The notes under the pieces are model-generated. The model saw only the letters and a program-made list of their open reading frames with translations, was not told where the DNA came from and ran no database searches. DNA of 64,000 nucleotides from Eledone cirrhosa (lineage: Eukaryota). A program made the translations under genes and the position numbers. Positions 1 through 13,481 of the stretch are shown here, piece after piece. Position 1 is the first letter of the stretch. Every line of letters starts with the position of its first letter. The DNA is taken from the NCBI GenBank assembly GCA_964016885.1, contig OZ024740.1, positions 30,628,001 to 30,692,000 of the forward strand, read 5' to 3'.

Positions 1-215
1 GGGCGACGAAACCGTCCTGCACGCACACGTCCATTGTCCGAGCATTGCTGGCTTGTTGGTTTATGTCGAACACCTGCTGTCGCGTGTAGGACGGATCTGG
101 CTATCAGCTGAGTCCATCGTGAGGATTGCCCCGCCGTCTTCCTTTTGCCAGGAAGGGCAGTTAGTTTTATCTGCCAGGTGGCCATGACGAAAGAGATCGT
201 GCAGTGGACGCGTTT
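1..215 (+). pseudogene. L1/Tx1-like LINE ORF2 C-terminal fragment (zf-RVT region)
   Basis: Frame 2 reads GDETVLHAHVHCPSI..., resembling the E-T-x-x-H-x-x-x-x-C zinc knuckle; a shifted frame continues AMTKEIVQWTR. Runs off the window start. Confidence 0.55.
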
Positions 216-473
216 TTTCAGCAAATTTGAATAATATTAAGATACCGTAATGGGGGTTAAACCCCCTATTATATTAGGTTTCCCCATGGGCACAAACCCC
301 CGTTGAAAATGTTTTCCCTTCGATTTATATGAATTTTAAACCATAGGTAAATGACATGATGATATTGAAATACAGAGTTTTTCTCCATAAATTATTTCAC
401 TGATTTAAAATCAATCATCATTTTCTTACAAAAAGAATGTGTGAAACGCAGCAAGGTGCAGTTAATTCGGGTA

Positions 474-554
<81 letters not shown>

Positions 555-555
<1 letters not shown>

Positions 556-1040
556 TAATATAAAATTTGAATTTCAAATAAAAACGGCTGTTATTTCTAG
601 CGGCACGAGTATAGGACTGGCTAGGCACTGGGACACCATGTGCGTTCAACATATTTCTCTCAGTCCTCCTAAGTATTTTGAGGTGAAACATACCAATTTT
701 TGGATATCTGCAGATGAGCACAGAAATGGAATTTTCACTTATTGTTGCGAAACGGATTTGAGTTTTGAAATTCAAATTTATCCAGGTATCACGGCTATTG
801 CCAATATGGGTTTGTTTTTATTGATTTATTGTTTTAAATCGAGACAGGCAAACTGTATTAATTTAATTAGTATTTTTCAATCTAGCTAACTTGGTCATTT
901 GCAATACAAACACTTATATAATTGTATTAGTGTTTATCATATATATTAATTTATATTAATTTGTATTTCACGGCTCAGAAATATCTCTTTCTTTGAGCTA
1001 TTTAATTGTAAAAGACTGTTTGAGTTTATAACTCTATATA
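555..1040. repeat. Dispersed non-coding repeat
   Basis: Reverse-complement homologues visible at about 17560-17710 and 30265-30700. Confidence 0.6.
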
Positions 1041-1043
1041 TAG

Positions 1044-2654
<1,611 letters not shown>

Positions 2655-2908
2655 TAGTACACTGAAGGTAATATCCGTAGTGGTAGAGCACTCAGTCCAT
2701 GGGAAGAGTTAGGTAGAAGTGTTTACACAACAGTTAGTTCGCCATACCAAGAACAATTGTTATGGTTATACGGAACAGGAAGGACAACCGTATGGACGCG
2801 CATGCGGAGAAACCGTTACTTCACCCAGGCAATACAAAATTGCGTGCGAGAGGTGTAAGGGAGATAACTGCGAAAGTCCGAAAGTTTCTAGTTGATAAGA
2901 ATATATAT

Positions 2909-3371
2909 ATAAACGGAAAAAATGAAACGAAATTTCATTTCCCACTCTTAGTACGGCCGTTACTTAAATATAAGTATGTACACGTACATACATATATGTA
3001 TACAGACGTACAGTAGTATGTATATATATATACATACATGCACACATATATATATATGTACGTATGAATTCACCGAACATTTATTATAATGCTCGGTGTG
3101 TTTGTAAACAAACATCCCGTATTAAGCCGTAGTGTCTAGCAACCATCGTTGCTCGTTTGTTCAACACTGACAAAGGAACGCTGTACTAGTTTCAAGCTTA
3201 TTAGCTATCGTCAGCAACGTATACCTTCCTGCCAGATTGTTGAACGTATATACTTATGCACATTAACGGCTGAGTAGCCCAATTTGCATATCGAGTGGGT
3301 TAATCGGCCGGGTGCACCGAAAACGATAAACGGAAAAGATGAAACGAAATTTCATTTCCCACTCTTAGTAC
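2909..3371 (-). mobile_element. HHR family B: 417-nt terminally redundant non-coding unit
   Basis: Direct repeat aaacggaaaa..tgaaacgaaatttcatttcccactcttagtac at 2911 and 3328; homologues at 31930-32110 and 60680-61372. Confidence 0.8.
3178..3220 (-). ncRNA. Minimal hammerhead ribozyme (family B)
   Basis: acgttg-CTGACGA-t-agct-aata-agct-t-GAAAC-ta-GTA-cagcgt. Confidence 0.85.
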
Positions 3372-3877
3372 AACCGCTGTTCGGCGTACTTGCGTAGGGT
3401 GTTCATACTACGATGTAGGTGCAACAAAAGGGGTCTTAGTAGAAGTAGCACAGATGTGAGTTTTACGGTGTCAATAACACGGCAACGTACACCGGGCCCA
3501 GATTTGCGCGTGATGAAAGCACGAAGCGCTAACAGGGCGCCGACAAAAATTTTAAGGTTCTCCTCATTTCCTCAATATGAAAATGGTATGTAATTCCCAA
3601 TGCTAATTCGTAAATTTCCTAGAAACCATTAATGAAATCGGAAAATTTTTTTCTCTTCACAGCAGTACGAGGGGATTAATTAATGTGTGCTGCAAATTTC
3701 AAGGAAATCGGCTGGATTATCTTTAAGTTACGCCTCAAAATAGCCTAAAAATGCCTTTAAAATGCGGTTTTTCGCCTAATGCAGAAAAAGTTAAAATTTC
3801 GGGTACTTCTCGAGTTTTAGGGATTTACACACACAGACAGACATCCCCTGTTTCATATATATATATATATAATTATC

Positions 3878-4500
3878 TTCTTTTTCTTCTTCGCCAACGT
3901 ATTCCTGGTACGGTCTTGTGGGTTGAGTAGAGTCCTCAAAAACACCTTCCAGCGGGTCCTGTCAAAAACAACCGTCTCCAAGTGGTCCGGCTGGATGCCC
4001 AAGTGAGGCCAGCCGAGCTCATGAATCTTATCCAACCATGTTGCTCCGGGTCTACCCTTGGGTTTCCTGTCGGCTGGTTTTGCCCGTAAAATCTGTCCAG
4101 TGATTTTTTCCTGAGACATCCTAATTACATGTGCATAATATCGGAGCTGTGATCTCTCAATTCGGAGAAATAGTGGCTCTCTGATCTCCGAGCTACACAC
4201 TCTATCAAGTAACATTACTCCTAAAACCCTTCGGGGGAACACCATTTCGACCGCTTTTATTACGATTGTGTTTTTTCGGTCATTTCCCAAAATTCATGAC
4301 TATAGGTAAGAGTTGGCACGAATACCCAATTGAAGAAAGCGAGTCTGGCCTTTACACTTACCTCCTTTCTTCTGACCGAATTCTGAAGCTGGCGCATTAC
4401 TGAACCAGCTCATGCAATTCTTGCACTTAATTCAGCCTCCTGCCTTCCATCACTCATAAACAGTGCCTCGAGATACTTGAACTTCTCCATTTGCTTAGTT
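3878..4500 (-). pseudogene. RTE-clade LINE 3' fragment
   Basis: LRIERSQLRYYAHVIRM...KPKGRPGATWLD...DRTRWK motifs; upstream EKFKYL; degraded. Confidence 0.75.
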
Positions 4501-4632
4501 ACATTTTTTTTTTTTTTTCATTTCTGTCAAAAACAATATATTTAAATTAATCTGTAGATAGGGTTTCAGTACCTATCAGGCCGTACGAAGTAGGGATTTT
4601 TTTTTTTTTCAATTAAGTCGATTCCGGAAAGT

Positions 4633-4745
4633 GTGTGGGTTAGTGGTTAGAAGATTGGATTCGCAATCGTGAGGTTGCGAGTTCGATTCTCGGACTGAGC
4701 GATGCGTTAAGTCCGTGAGCAAGACATTTTATTTCCCATTGCTCT
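4633..4745 (+). mobile_element. tRNA-derived SINE head
   Basis: Box A tagtggttag and box B gagttcgattc followed by a SINE-like body (gagcaagacat). Confidence 0.55.
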
Positions 4746-4964
4746 TAATACCAGCAGAAGCGAGTTGAAGGAGTATGTATTATGCACCTGTAATTCCTAA
4801 TGGAGTCGTAGGGGCGCCGTTGTAACATACGGCATATCTTGGGTATGTTATACTTGGCGGAACTTATCTCCTCTCCGAGTTTGAATGTAGCTGATTTCTT
4901 CGAGACAGACAGGGAGAGAACGAGTGAAAGAGAGAGGAGGAGAAAGCGATATAGCGAAAGAAAC

Positions 4965-5080
4965 GACCCAGTACCGAACTGGTACTTTTTTATCGACCTC
5001 GAAAGGATGAAAGGCAAAGTTGATCTCGGTCGGATTTGAACTCAGGGCAAAGAGAGCCAACACAAATACCGCAAAGCATT
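4965..5080 (-). mobile_element. tRNA/Nin-domain SINE fragment
   Basis: tttatcgacctcgaaaggatgaaaggcaaag is the reverse of the Nin/Deu core; box B present. Confidence 0.7.
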
Positions 5081-5299
5081 CAATTCAAGTTAATCGAAGA
5101 AGTATCGAAACAATATTTTAATTTTTATTCAAAATAATTAAAAGTAAAAAAAAAACAAAAAAAAAACTTATTTGTCCTCTTACAGAGATTACAAACCCAA
5201 CTCTCATTTAGAATGCATAGATTCGCCCAAACTAACCGTCAACGATTTCAATGAAGAAAATCATCACCATCATCATCGTATCGTTTGTCCATTGTCAAT

Positions 5300-5750
5300 T
5301 TGATCGCCAAGGTAGCAAAAGCTGTCAGCAACTTCTCAGGAGCTTCCCTGGCAACTGAAGGAATCTATTTCACGTATGCTCTTTCTGCTTATTTCTTCTG
5401 TGTATTTGCTGCATATTAAGTCTATATTTTCCGTTAGCCTGTCTGCAATTCCACTACATCTCTTGTGCGTCCATAAATTACACTGTGTGCAAGTTATGGA
5501 ATTCCTGCCTCCTCTTTTCTCACATATCAAACAACCTTAGATGGGTCTGCATGGGATAGGCCCCCACTGCCCCATTTATTTTCCTCGTTCAGCAGCCTCT
5601 CATAGTATGTCTTCCGCGCCTCCTTCTTTTCGCCGTCAAATAGAGATAAGGCTCCACAATCATTTTTGGATACTCTTTTCTCCAACGACATCACGATTTT
5701 CTCTAGCATACTGTCTCGCAATCCTGAACATTTCACGGATTGCGATATGA
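5300..5750 (-). pseudogene. Internally deleted RTE LINE remnant
   Basis: YYERLLNEENKW and CTQCNLWTHKRCSG...DSFSCQG motifs. Confidence 0.6.
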
Positions 5751-6967
5751 AACATTTAAATGTATTCTATTATTAGATTGAAATGAAAATAGCTTTAGAT
5801 ATATAACTTTTGACAAAAATATTATTGAAGTCTTTCTGGTCTGTTTGCTATAACGCAGATTATGAAACACTGTCTTGGGTTTGAATTTCATGTTATAGTA
5901 TTTTTATTTCTTGGTCAGAAACTTGAGTGAAATATTTGCTGAGATGGAAATGTTGCGTCAGTGTTCTAATCCGAGTCGCGTATGAGGTTACTATAAATGT
6001 AAGGCCACGCCCATACCCGCTACTGTCTATATCCTCATTAATGTAGCGAATCGCCAGAGTCTTCAGGACGCCAGATTAAAAATGCCTCAGTATTTGTTCG
6101 GTTTATTGCGCTCTTAGTACTTAGTAGAAATCTCCCTTCCCGCCCTTTGCCTTTCCTTCTTTCGAAGTCGATAAATAAAGTACCAGTCCAATGCTGAAGT
6201 CTATTCTCTTTACCCTGGAAGAAATCAGCTGTGTTTCGACCTCTAGACTGATGGGCTCTGTCATGTCATATATAATGTTGGCACATCAATAACTTCATCA
6301 AGAGTTCACGGCCATTTATTTATTTATTTATTCATTAATGTTGAAATTTTCCGAGTCCTACCATTCACCTCGTTAAGTGCTTGTAGTGGTCAACAAAGAC
6401 GTCGTAAGCGATATCTGCATTGTAGGTTGATAAGTTCTGTTGTTCATATTTTCCTTACTGTTTTGAGTTTTGTCCTCTTCGTATCAATTCATCCATCATA
6501 CCTGAGTTCTTTTTATAGCAAAAAGATATTTGTAGTTCTTTTCAGAATGTAAAGGTTGTATTGTTAATCAGTTCATGTTTAGTTTTAGAAGAAATGGTAC
6601 ACATATTTCTAACTAGAGTGGCCTCTCGTTGCTGGGCAATTTTCACCCTACCAATGACTTTCTTTCAATTGTTTTTATTCCATGTCAGACCATGTCTCGT
6701 CTCGCGTTACTTATTTCTTGGCCACAAGATGGTTTCTATGGAAGTTTATTCTGTGGAGCTGTATGTTGAAGTGGTATCAGTGGTTTGTTGTGTACTTTAA
6801 TGTGAGTGTCTTCACGTAAACATCGGCTGACATCTGAGAGGACAACTCTCTGCCTCTTAGCGAAAAAAATGTCCCCTGCTGACGGCATTAGGTCATGTTG
6901 ATGGAATGCATGAGACAATCAATAAAATCCAGACTGCTTAAACTGTCACAAAACAGTGATTAATAAT

Positions 6968-7222
6968 TGTAGTTAGAAAAAGCTATCTCACTTACCGCTT
7001 TTCACAGGCGCCGCTAAATTCCACTGCAGGTACTCCTCTTCCACGTGCGTCCGACTGCTTAACACCGGGAGCTGCCCAAAACTCGCGTCCACACCGTGTG
7101 CTGGTCACCACTAGAGAGAGGCCCTCTGCTGGCCCTTCCGGTCGAGCATCCTTCCGGCCCAAAACCCCTTCCGGTCGAGCACTCCCCCGCCTCCGGCCAC
7201 CGCACGCCACACCATACCCACA
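6968..7222 (-). repeat. 3' LTR
   Basis: 255 bp; I see one substitution and one indel relative to 10894-11149. Confidence 0.95.
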
Positions 7223-7295
7223 CGCCCCCCTGATCTCAAGGATCAATTTCCCCCTCGTTCCTCTGCATATGAAAGTCTGCTGTCCAGGTCGGTGG

Positions 7296-10057
7296 TTAAC
7301 GACTTCGTTGCGATCTTCGTAGTATTGGGGCAGAGCTCTGGGTTTCCACCTCATCTTGGGTTTCCTCTTCCTCGGAGTCCGTCGACACAGTGATTCTTCT
7401 TACATCCAGGACATGACGTAGTACCCCGTCCACGGACACATTGTTCTTTGAATTTACGGCCGTCACCGTTCCCCTTCCCCATTGAGATGTGCAACGTGCA
7501 TCTGGGGGCTTAACCCAGACTTCTTCGCCCACCTGCACGAATGCACTCTCTCTCCCCACTGGCCGTTGTGGTGGCGTGCAAGGGTGCCGCCACTCGTATT
7601 TGAATACTGCTCTATGTGGCACCGATTCCTCGACCTGTCCAACCCGAGGGGACATATTGTACCAGAACACTGCCTCCATTGGTGAGATATGGCCCCGCTC
7701 CGCCATTGCCTTGATCGTCCGGTGGTGTCGGACCACGATTCCATTCCCGCTCGGCCTGTGCGCCGCTCTGAAGAAACGGTCCACCTTCCATCCATCGAGC
7801 ATCTCCCTCAGTGCCTCCGAGCGGAACGCTGCGCTGTTGTCCATCAACAGTTCATCCACAGGGCCCCGCTCCAAGAACACCTCTCTCAACGTCCGCACGA
7901 TTTCCTCGGCCGTTCCAGTCTTCATCTCCCTCCATATCGCCATTCGACCTGGTCCACAGTCGACCATCGAGAGGTACGTTCCCTGCCGGTAGTGCGTCAC
8001 ATCCACCGCTAATCGCTTCCAGTCGCGATCCACCGGGAGGCTTCCCGTTTCGAGTACACCCGGGGCGGGATCAATGGACTGACATCGGACGCAGCCTCTA
8101 ACCCCCCCCCCCCCCCGAACACTGTGTCTGCTAACGTCCGAGTCGATTCTCCTGGCTAGGAACAGGCTCCTATCCACCCCCATGTGGTGCATGTCATGCA
8201 ACCCCTTCAGGTCTAACTCGGTCAGCCGACACACGGCAGCTATCTCATCCTCTACCTCCTCCGGCGCTTCCATCCAGGCTTTCTTCACTCTAGTTAAGAT
8301 GTCCACCCTATTTTTCTCTGAGGGCACGAACACTACGCTCAGCTTCAGGTCGAACTCGGTGGCCAGCTCGCCTAACGTTCCCAGGCGGCGCTTTATCAGC
8401 ATCTCCGCCGCGCCGCTCGTTCGCACTCTCTTCTCACTGGTGAGCACTGATCTTACCCATCCGAGTACAGTAGCCGAGTCGGTGCGTATCTCGATGGTGC
8501 GCAGCCCCCACCGCAGGGCGAGGTTCACCCCTCTCAACACCGCGTCCAGCTCGGCCACATTGATGTGGCTGCAGTCGTTCTTCTTTCTAAGCCAGGCTGC
8601 ATCCTCGACCTCAACACCTCCTATCTCCAACGTGACACCCAGCGCTATGCTGCTGGCATCGCACCATACGGTCCCGCTCTGTGATTTGGGAACGTACCAG
8701 CGTCCCCGCACTGGGTCGTCGGCCTTCACCCTCCCCACGATCTCCTGCATCATGGCCACCGTTCTCTCTCCCACTCTGTCACTCCAAGTCACCCCTTCCG
8801 CTCGTCTCTTGACATAGCTGCATGCCGTCCGGAGCCACCCAGCGATCGGGTAGTGACCCACCAGCTTTCCACACACCGAGAAAAGCTCCCGCCTATTCAT
8901 ACTTGGGCCCAGTTCCGGAACTTCGTTTCCCCTCTGGAACACCAAAAACGCCCGTCTTATCTCGCCGTAGCCTCAGTCCCAGCGCGGCTCCTCCCTCCAA
9001 TGCTTCTGATGGCTTCGCAGTCAGTCCATACCTCCGCAAATGGCTCGTGACCTCCGCCGTCGACACCACCGACTCGTCCACTAGGATGTCGTCAATATAG
9101 GAGTTGGTAGCCCTCTTTATCTTGTCGGCCCTCCCCAGAGCGGTCTTGAGGACCGTCGCCATGATCTTCGGTGCGGAGCTCAGCCCGAAACCGAGCCTGG
9201 TCAGGCAATATGTCCGGCCCTTATACCTGACCAGCTGATACCGCCAGAGCTTCTCATCTATATGCAACTGCAAGTAAGCCGACTTTAGATCCACGATCGC
9301 TGAACCCCCCGTCATGCGTCTCCACTCACGCAGGGTTTCCCCACAGACATCCGTGACCTCGCCACCCGTGTGGCATGACACGTGCTCGTTCAGCTCCCGA
9401 TAGTCCAGCACCGGCCTCACCTTGCTCTTCGTGGGTTGCACCACCGCCATCAACGGCAATACTCCGCAATTCACCTCCTCCTTCCAGGGAAGCAGTATGC
9501 CCTCTTCGATCCATCTCTCTACTTCTCGCTCGAACTCGCTCCTAGCGTTTCCCTTCAATGTGTGTTGATAGCAGCCCACTTTGGTCTTCAGTGTTGGTGG
9601 TTCTCCCTTCCAGTACCACTCAACAACCCATCGCTGCCCATCAAACACGGCCTTGAAGTCTTTGTCCTGTACAGTGTAAGCGGGGTATTCCTCCTCGTGG
9701 GCCTTCTGGTTCTCATGACGTGCACTCACAGCGCATACCGATGCAGCGGCGCCAAACGACACACCGACATTGTTCACCGTGACGCCCCCTAGACGGCCAA
9801 TCGCGTCCATGCCCATAACCACGCCGATCCCATCCACCACACTGTCTACCACGATGGCGGAAAGCCTTATCCTCCTTCCCCGTACCGCTATTTTCCTTCT
9901 CGCTGCGACCTCGGCATTTAATTTTCCTGCCGTCGACTGCCCTTACGCTGCTCTTCCCTCCCCACCTCTGCGCCACCCCCGCGGTCACCAGTGTCGTCGT
10001 ACAGCCCGTATCCACGAGGGCTCGCTGTGGCTTCCCCCTCACGAAGACTTCCACCAC
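7296..10057 (-). pseudogene. pol: Gypsy pol (protease, RT, RNase H, integrase), frameshifted
   Basis: ALVDTGC protease; DLKSAY...YIDD RT; WCDAS/AELDAV/TDS RNase H; HHCC zinc finger plus VD...MDN integrase core (SNGIVVR, where E is expected); split over three ORFs. Confidence 0.9.
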
Positions 10058-10068
10058 GGGCAGCGCCG

Positions 10069-10825
10069 CTACTTGTAAGGGGCAACTACCGGCGCAGTAG
10101 TTCCCCTTGGATCGTTTCCCTGGTCGCAGTTAGTAGCGATGTGGCCTGGTCGCTTACACCGGTAGCAAATTATCTCCGGCTTCGACTCTCTACAGTCTCT
10201 AGCCATATGCGGGCCCTGGCACCTAAAACAGCGCTCCCTAAACTCACGCGGATGGCCGCGTGCCGAGGTTGCCTCCCTTTCACCATTTCGCTGCCAGGTG
10301 TCCTGAGCCTCCATAGTTGCTATCGCCGCAACACTCTTTTTGGCATCTTCCGCTATGATCCGGGCTTGTTCCACCAGTGAACGCATTTCCATCTCTTTAT
10401 ACCCCGGGACTTGCTGCAGTTTCACCGCTATGTCGTCCGGAAATCCATTGATGAACGCCAACCGCACCGTGCGTTCGCATTCCGCCTGGTAACCGGCCAA
10501 CATAGCCAACCGCCTTATTTCCGCTGCGAAAATATCGCTCACCATTCCACCTGATTCTCGCCAGCTTAGCAAAAGCCGCCAACGGTCCCTCGGCGAATGC
10601 ATCCATCAGACGCCTCTCAATCTTCTGCACATCTCTTTGGCTGTGCTCGTCCAACTCAAGGAAGAGTACCAGCGCGTCGCCCTCGAGGTACAATGCCATG
10701 AGGTCGGCCACGTCCTCTATCTTCTGCAAGCTTGCGACCAGCCGAACCTTCCGCAGCCAAGCGACAACATTACCTTCCCCGGTGAATGCCCTGATAGCTT
10801 CGTTCATCCGTAGTCTTGTCGCCAT
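10069..10825 (-). pseudogene. gag: Gypsy gag with two CCHC knuckles, frameshifted near 10540
   Basis: CFRCQGPHMARDC and CYRCKRPGHIATNC; ORFs 10397-10825 and 10069-10602. Confidence 0.85.
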
Positions 10826-10881
10826 CTTCTGATTTGTTTTGCGGCAAGTGTTTTCTTTTCTTTTTTTTTTTTTTTTTAGTC

Positions 10882-10893
10882 GCCGAAATAGCT
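10882..10893 (-). promoter_or_regulatory. Non-canonical primer-binding site complementary to tRNA-Phe nt 1-12
   Basis: + strand GCCGAAATAGCT abuts the 5' LTR and equals the 5' end of metazoan tRNA-Phe(GAA) as I recall it. Confidence 0.75.
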
Positions 10894-11149
10894 TGTAGTT
10901 AGAAAAAGCTATCTCACTTACCGCTTTTCACAGGCGCCGCTAAGTTCCACTGCAGGTACTCCTCTTCCACGTGCGTCCGACTGCTTAACACCGGGAGCTG
11001 CCCAAAACTCGCGTCCACACCGTGTGCTGGTCACCACTAGAGAGAGGCCCTCTGCTGGCCCTTCCGGTCGAGCATCCTTCCGGCCCAAAACCCCTTCCGG
11101 TCGAGCACTCCCGCCGCCTCCGGCCACCGCACGCCACACCATACCCACA
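10894..11149 (-). repeat. 5' LTR
   Basis: 256-bp copy of 6968-7222. Confidence 0.95.
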
Positions 11150-11319
11150 ATAATATTACTATTTCCGTGTGCTATAAAACTTTCTCCTTGGGATGCAGAT
11201 TTCGAAAACCAATCCGTTCTTCTCTAGGACACACCGCTTCGGAGCCTTTCACCAACATATACAGGTGTAAACATACAAACATACACGCATATACTCTTAA
11301 ATGTATAGTAAATGTTCCA

Positions 11320-11426
11320 CATTTTCTTTCAATTGTTCACCAATAGAATGAGAGAGCCAGTTTCGAATATAGAAACAAGAACAAGACGCTTTCAATTGAA
11401 TTTAGACAATATCAACTAGTAATATC

Positions 11427-11520
<94 letters not shown>

Positions 11521-11790
11521 ATGTGCGTGTGTGTGCGCGTGTGTGTGTGTTTTATGTGTGTGTGTGTGTGCTTGTGTGCGTGTGTGCGTGTGTGTACAGA
11601 CATGGATGCCATATCATGTGTGGTTCTGTATGTTTGGAATTATATGTACACATACATATGTTTCTATATCTGTACATATGTATTATATATGTTGCAATTA
11701 CATGTTAAACTTTTGGAATGGTTTACATATTTTCACAGTTCCGTTAATTAACTGTATTTATAATTTCCTAATTAGCTGTGCCTTTTCTAT
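11320..11790 (-). mobile_element. 5'-truncated R4-type LINE 3' end with expanded (TG)n
   Basis: IEKAQLIRKL...NGTVKICK peptide and UTR homologous to 17712-18000. Confidence 0.6.
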
Positions 11791-12430
11791 GTATGTATGT
11801 ATGTATGTATGTATGTATGTATGTATGTATGTATGTATGTATGTATGTATGTGTGTATGTATGTATGTATACATTATGTATGTATGTATATAAAAAGCCA
11901 CATTCGATCGCAGCGCTGTTAGTGTGTGTGTGTATAGATATGTTTGTGCGTGTGCGTGTGTGTGTATATATATATATATGTATATTATTATTGTTGTTGG
12001 TGTTTCAAATTTCATTTGAAAAGGAAAATCAGGGTAGAGAGCGAAGTGCTCTCTTCCCAGCATTTTGTTGAAAGATGGGTGAGAGAAGCAAGTATGGCCC
12101 GAGTGAATGGGCCTACTCTGAGTGTGTCTGCAAATTAAAGGTGGAAAACTGGGAGAGGGCACTTGCCCTGGTGGTCAGGGTCACTGTGGCCTTTTAATGA
12201 GCTTTTTCCACAAATGTCCCTCGGAAGTCTCCCCCCATTGGGGAATTTTTCATTGTTATTTTTTATTACATCCTCTGTTTTTTTTTACACGCAGAAATGC
12301 CCATTTGTACCGTCCTGTATTGTCCTGTACTGTCCTTAATGTCTACTTTATGTAAACCCTTGTGGTTAATAAAGAAAGCATTATTGTTGTTGGTGTCGTT
12401 ATTATTATTGTTGTTATTATTATTATTATT

Positions 12431-12630
12431 GGCGGTGAATTGGCAGTATCGGTAGAGGGTCGGACGCCATGCTTTGACGCATAGAGTTACGGCCCTTGCC
12501 ATTCTGAGTTCAAATCCCACCGAGGTTAACTTTGCCTTTCATCCTTACGGGGTCGATAAAATAAAGTACCAGTAATGTACTGGGTAATTGCTGGCCTTGT
12601 GCCAATAGTAGAAACAATTATTATTATTAT
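12431..12630 (+). mobile_element. tRNA/Nin-domain SINE
   Basis: Box A/B head, gcctttcatccttacggggtcgataaaataaagtaccag core, (ATT)n tail. Confidence 0.85.
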
Positions 12631-12635
12631 TGTTA

Positions 12636-12673
<38 letters not shown>

Positions 12674-12797
12674 GTAGGAGGTGAGTTTTATTGTAGTACA
12701 ATAAAGCAATGCAGATATCGGATAAGAAGCACTCTACAGTTTGTAGGACTGGAGTATACATAATATAAGATCAAAAGATGGTTAAAGGAGTTCCATG

Positions 12798-12868
12798 TAT
12801 TTTATTATGCGCATTTCAAAAACAAACATCATCATGCAATAATATTTGTGTTTTCATCAGATACAATA
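12798..12868 (-). ncRNA. Hammerhead ribozyme (inverted copy of 15617-15687)
   Basis: Reverse complement of the 15617 motif. Confidence 0.8.
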
Positions 12869-13481
12869 GGAGAACATGATATGAAGGCTAAAAAACACTT
12901 GTGGATAGTGCAGTTTTAAATCAACATATGAAAAGTGGTTTTAGATTGATGTGTGATATTGGGAAAAATATTTTATTTAGAGAGGGGGGGGTGGAAAGGA
13001 TGAAAAGAGAAGAAGATGAGAGGGAGAGATGGGTGATAGAGAGAAAGAGATAGTTTTTATAACTGAGAGGAGATATATTGTTTTACATAGAGAGGTTGAA
13101 AACCGTTGGAAGATAATGTATAAATTAAAAATTTTGAAAATTAACGAAGGGAGGATATGTGCGAGGAAAAAATATTTTATTTAGGGAGGGGGGGTGGAAA
13201 GGATGAAAAAAAAAGGGGGAGGAGATAAGAGTGAAGGTGGAGAGGGAGAGATGGGTGATAGAGAGAAAGAGATAGTTTTTATAACTGAGAAAAAGATATG
13301 TTTTAACATAGAGAGGTTGGGAACCGTTGGAAGATAATGTATAAATTAAAGGAATTTGAAAATTAACGAAGGGAAATTATGTATGAAGATAGAGAGAAAA
13401 AAATAATAATTGTGGATGAATATTCTAACGTCAAAAAAAGAAATGTATGTATTGTGGCAATTTCAAAATTAACGAAGAGAA

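Larger units (their letters stand above)
6968..11149 (-). mobile_element. Gypsy LTR retrotransposon, structurally full length (4182 bp)
   Basis: Two TG...CA LTRs, 5-bp TSD ATAAT (6963-6967 and 11150-11154), polypurine tract about 7223-7237, order gag-PR-RT-RH-IN. Confidence 0.95.

Noticed and set aside
7463-10380. Plus-strand and alternate-frame ORFs over the Gypsy element
   Set aside because: Antisense or shadow frames of GC-rich gag-pol with no independent motifs.
12431-12630. tRNA genes
   Set aside because: Box A/B heads are fused to the Nin domain and tails with no cloverleaf; these are SINEs.
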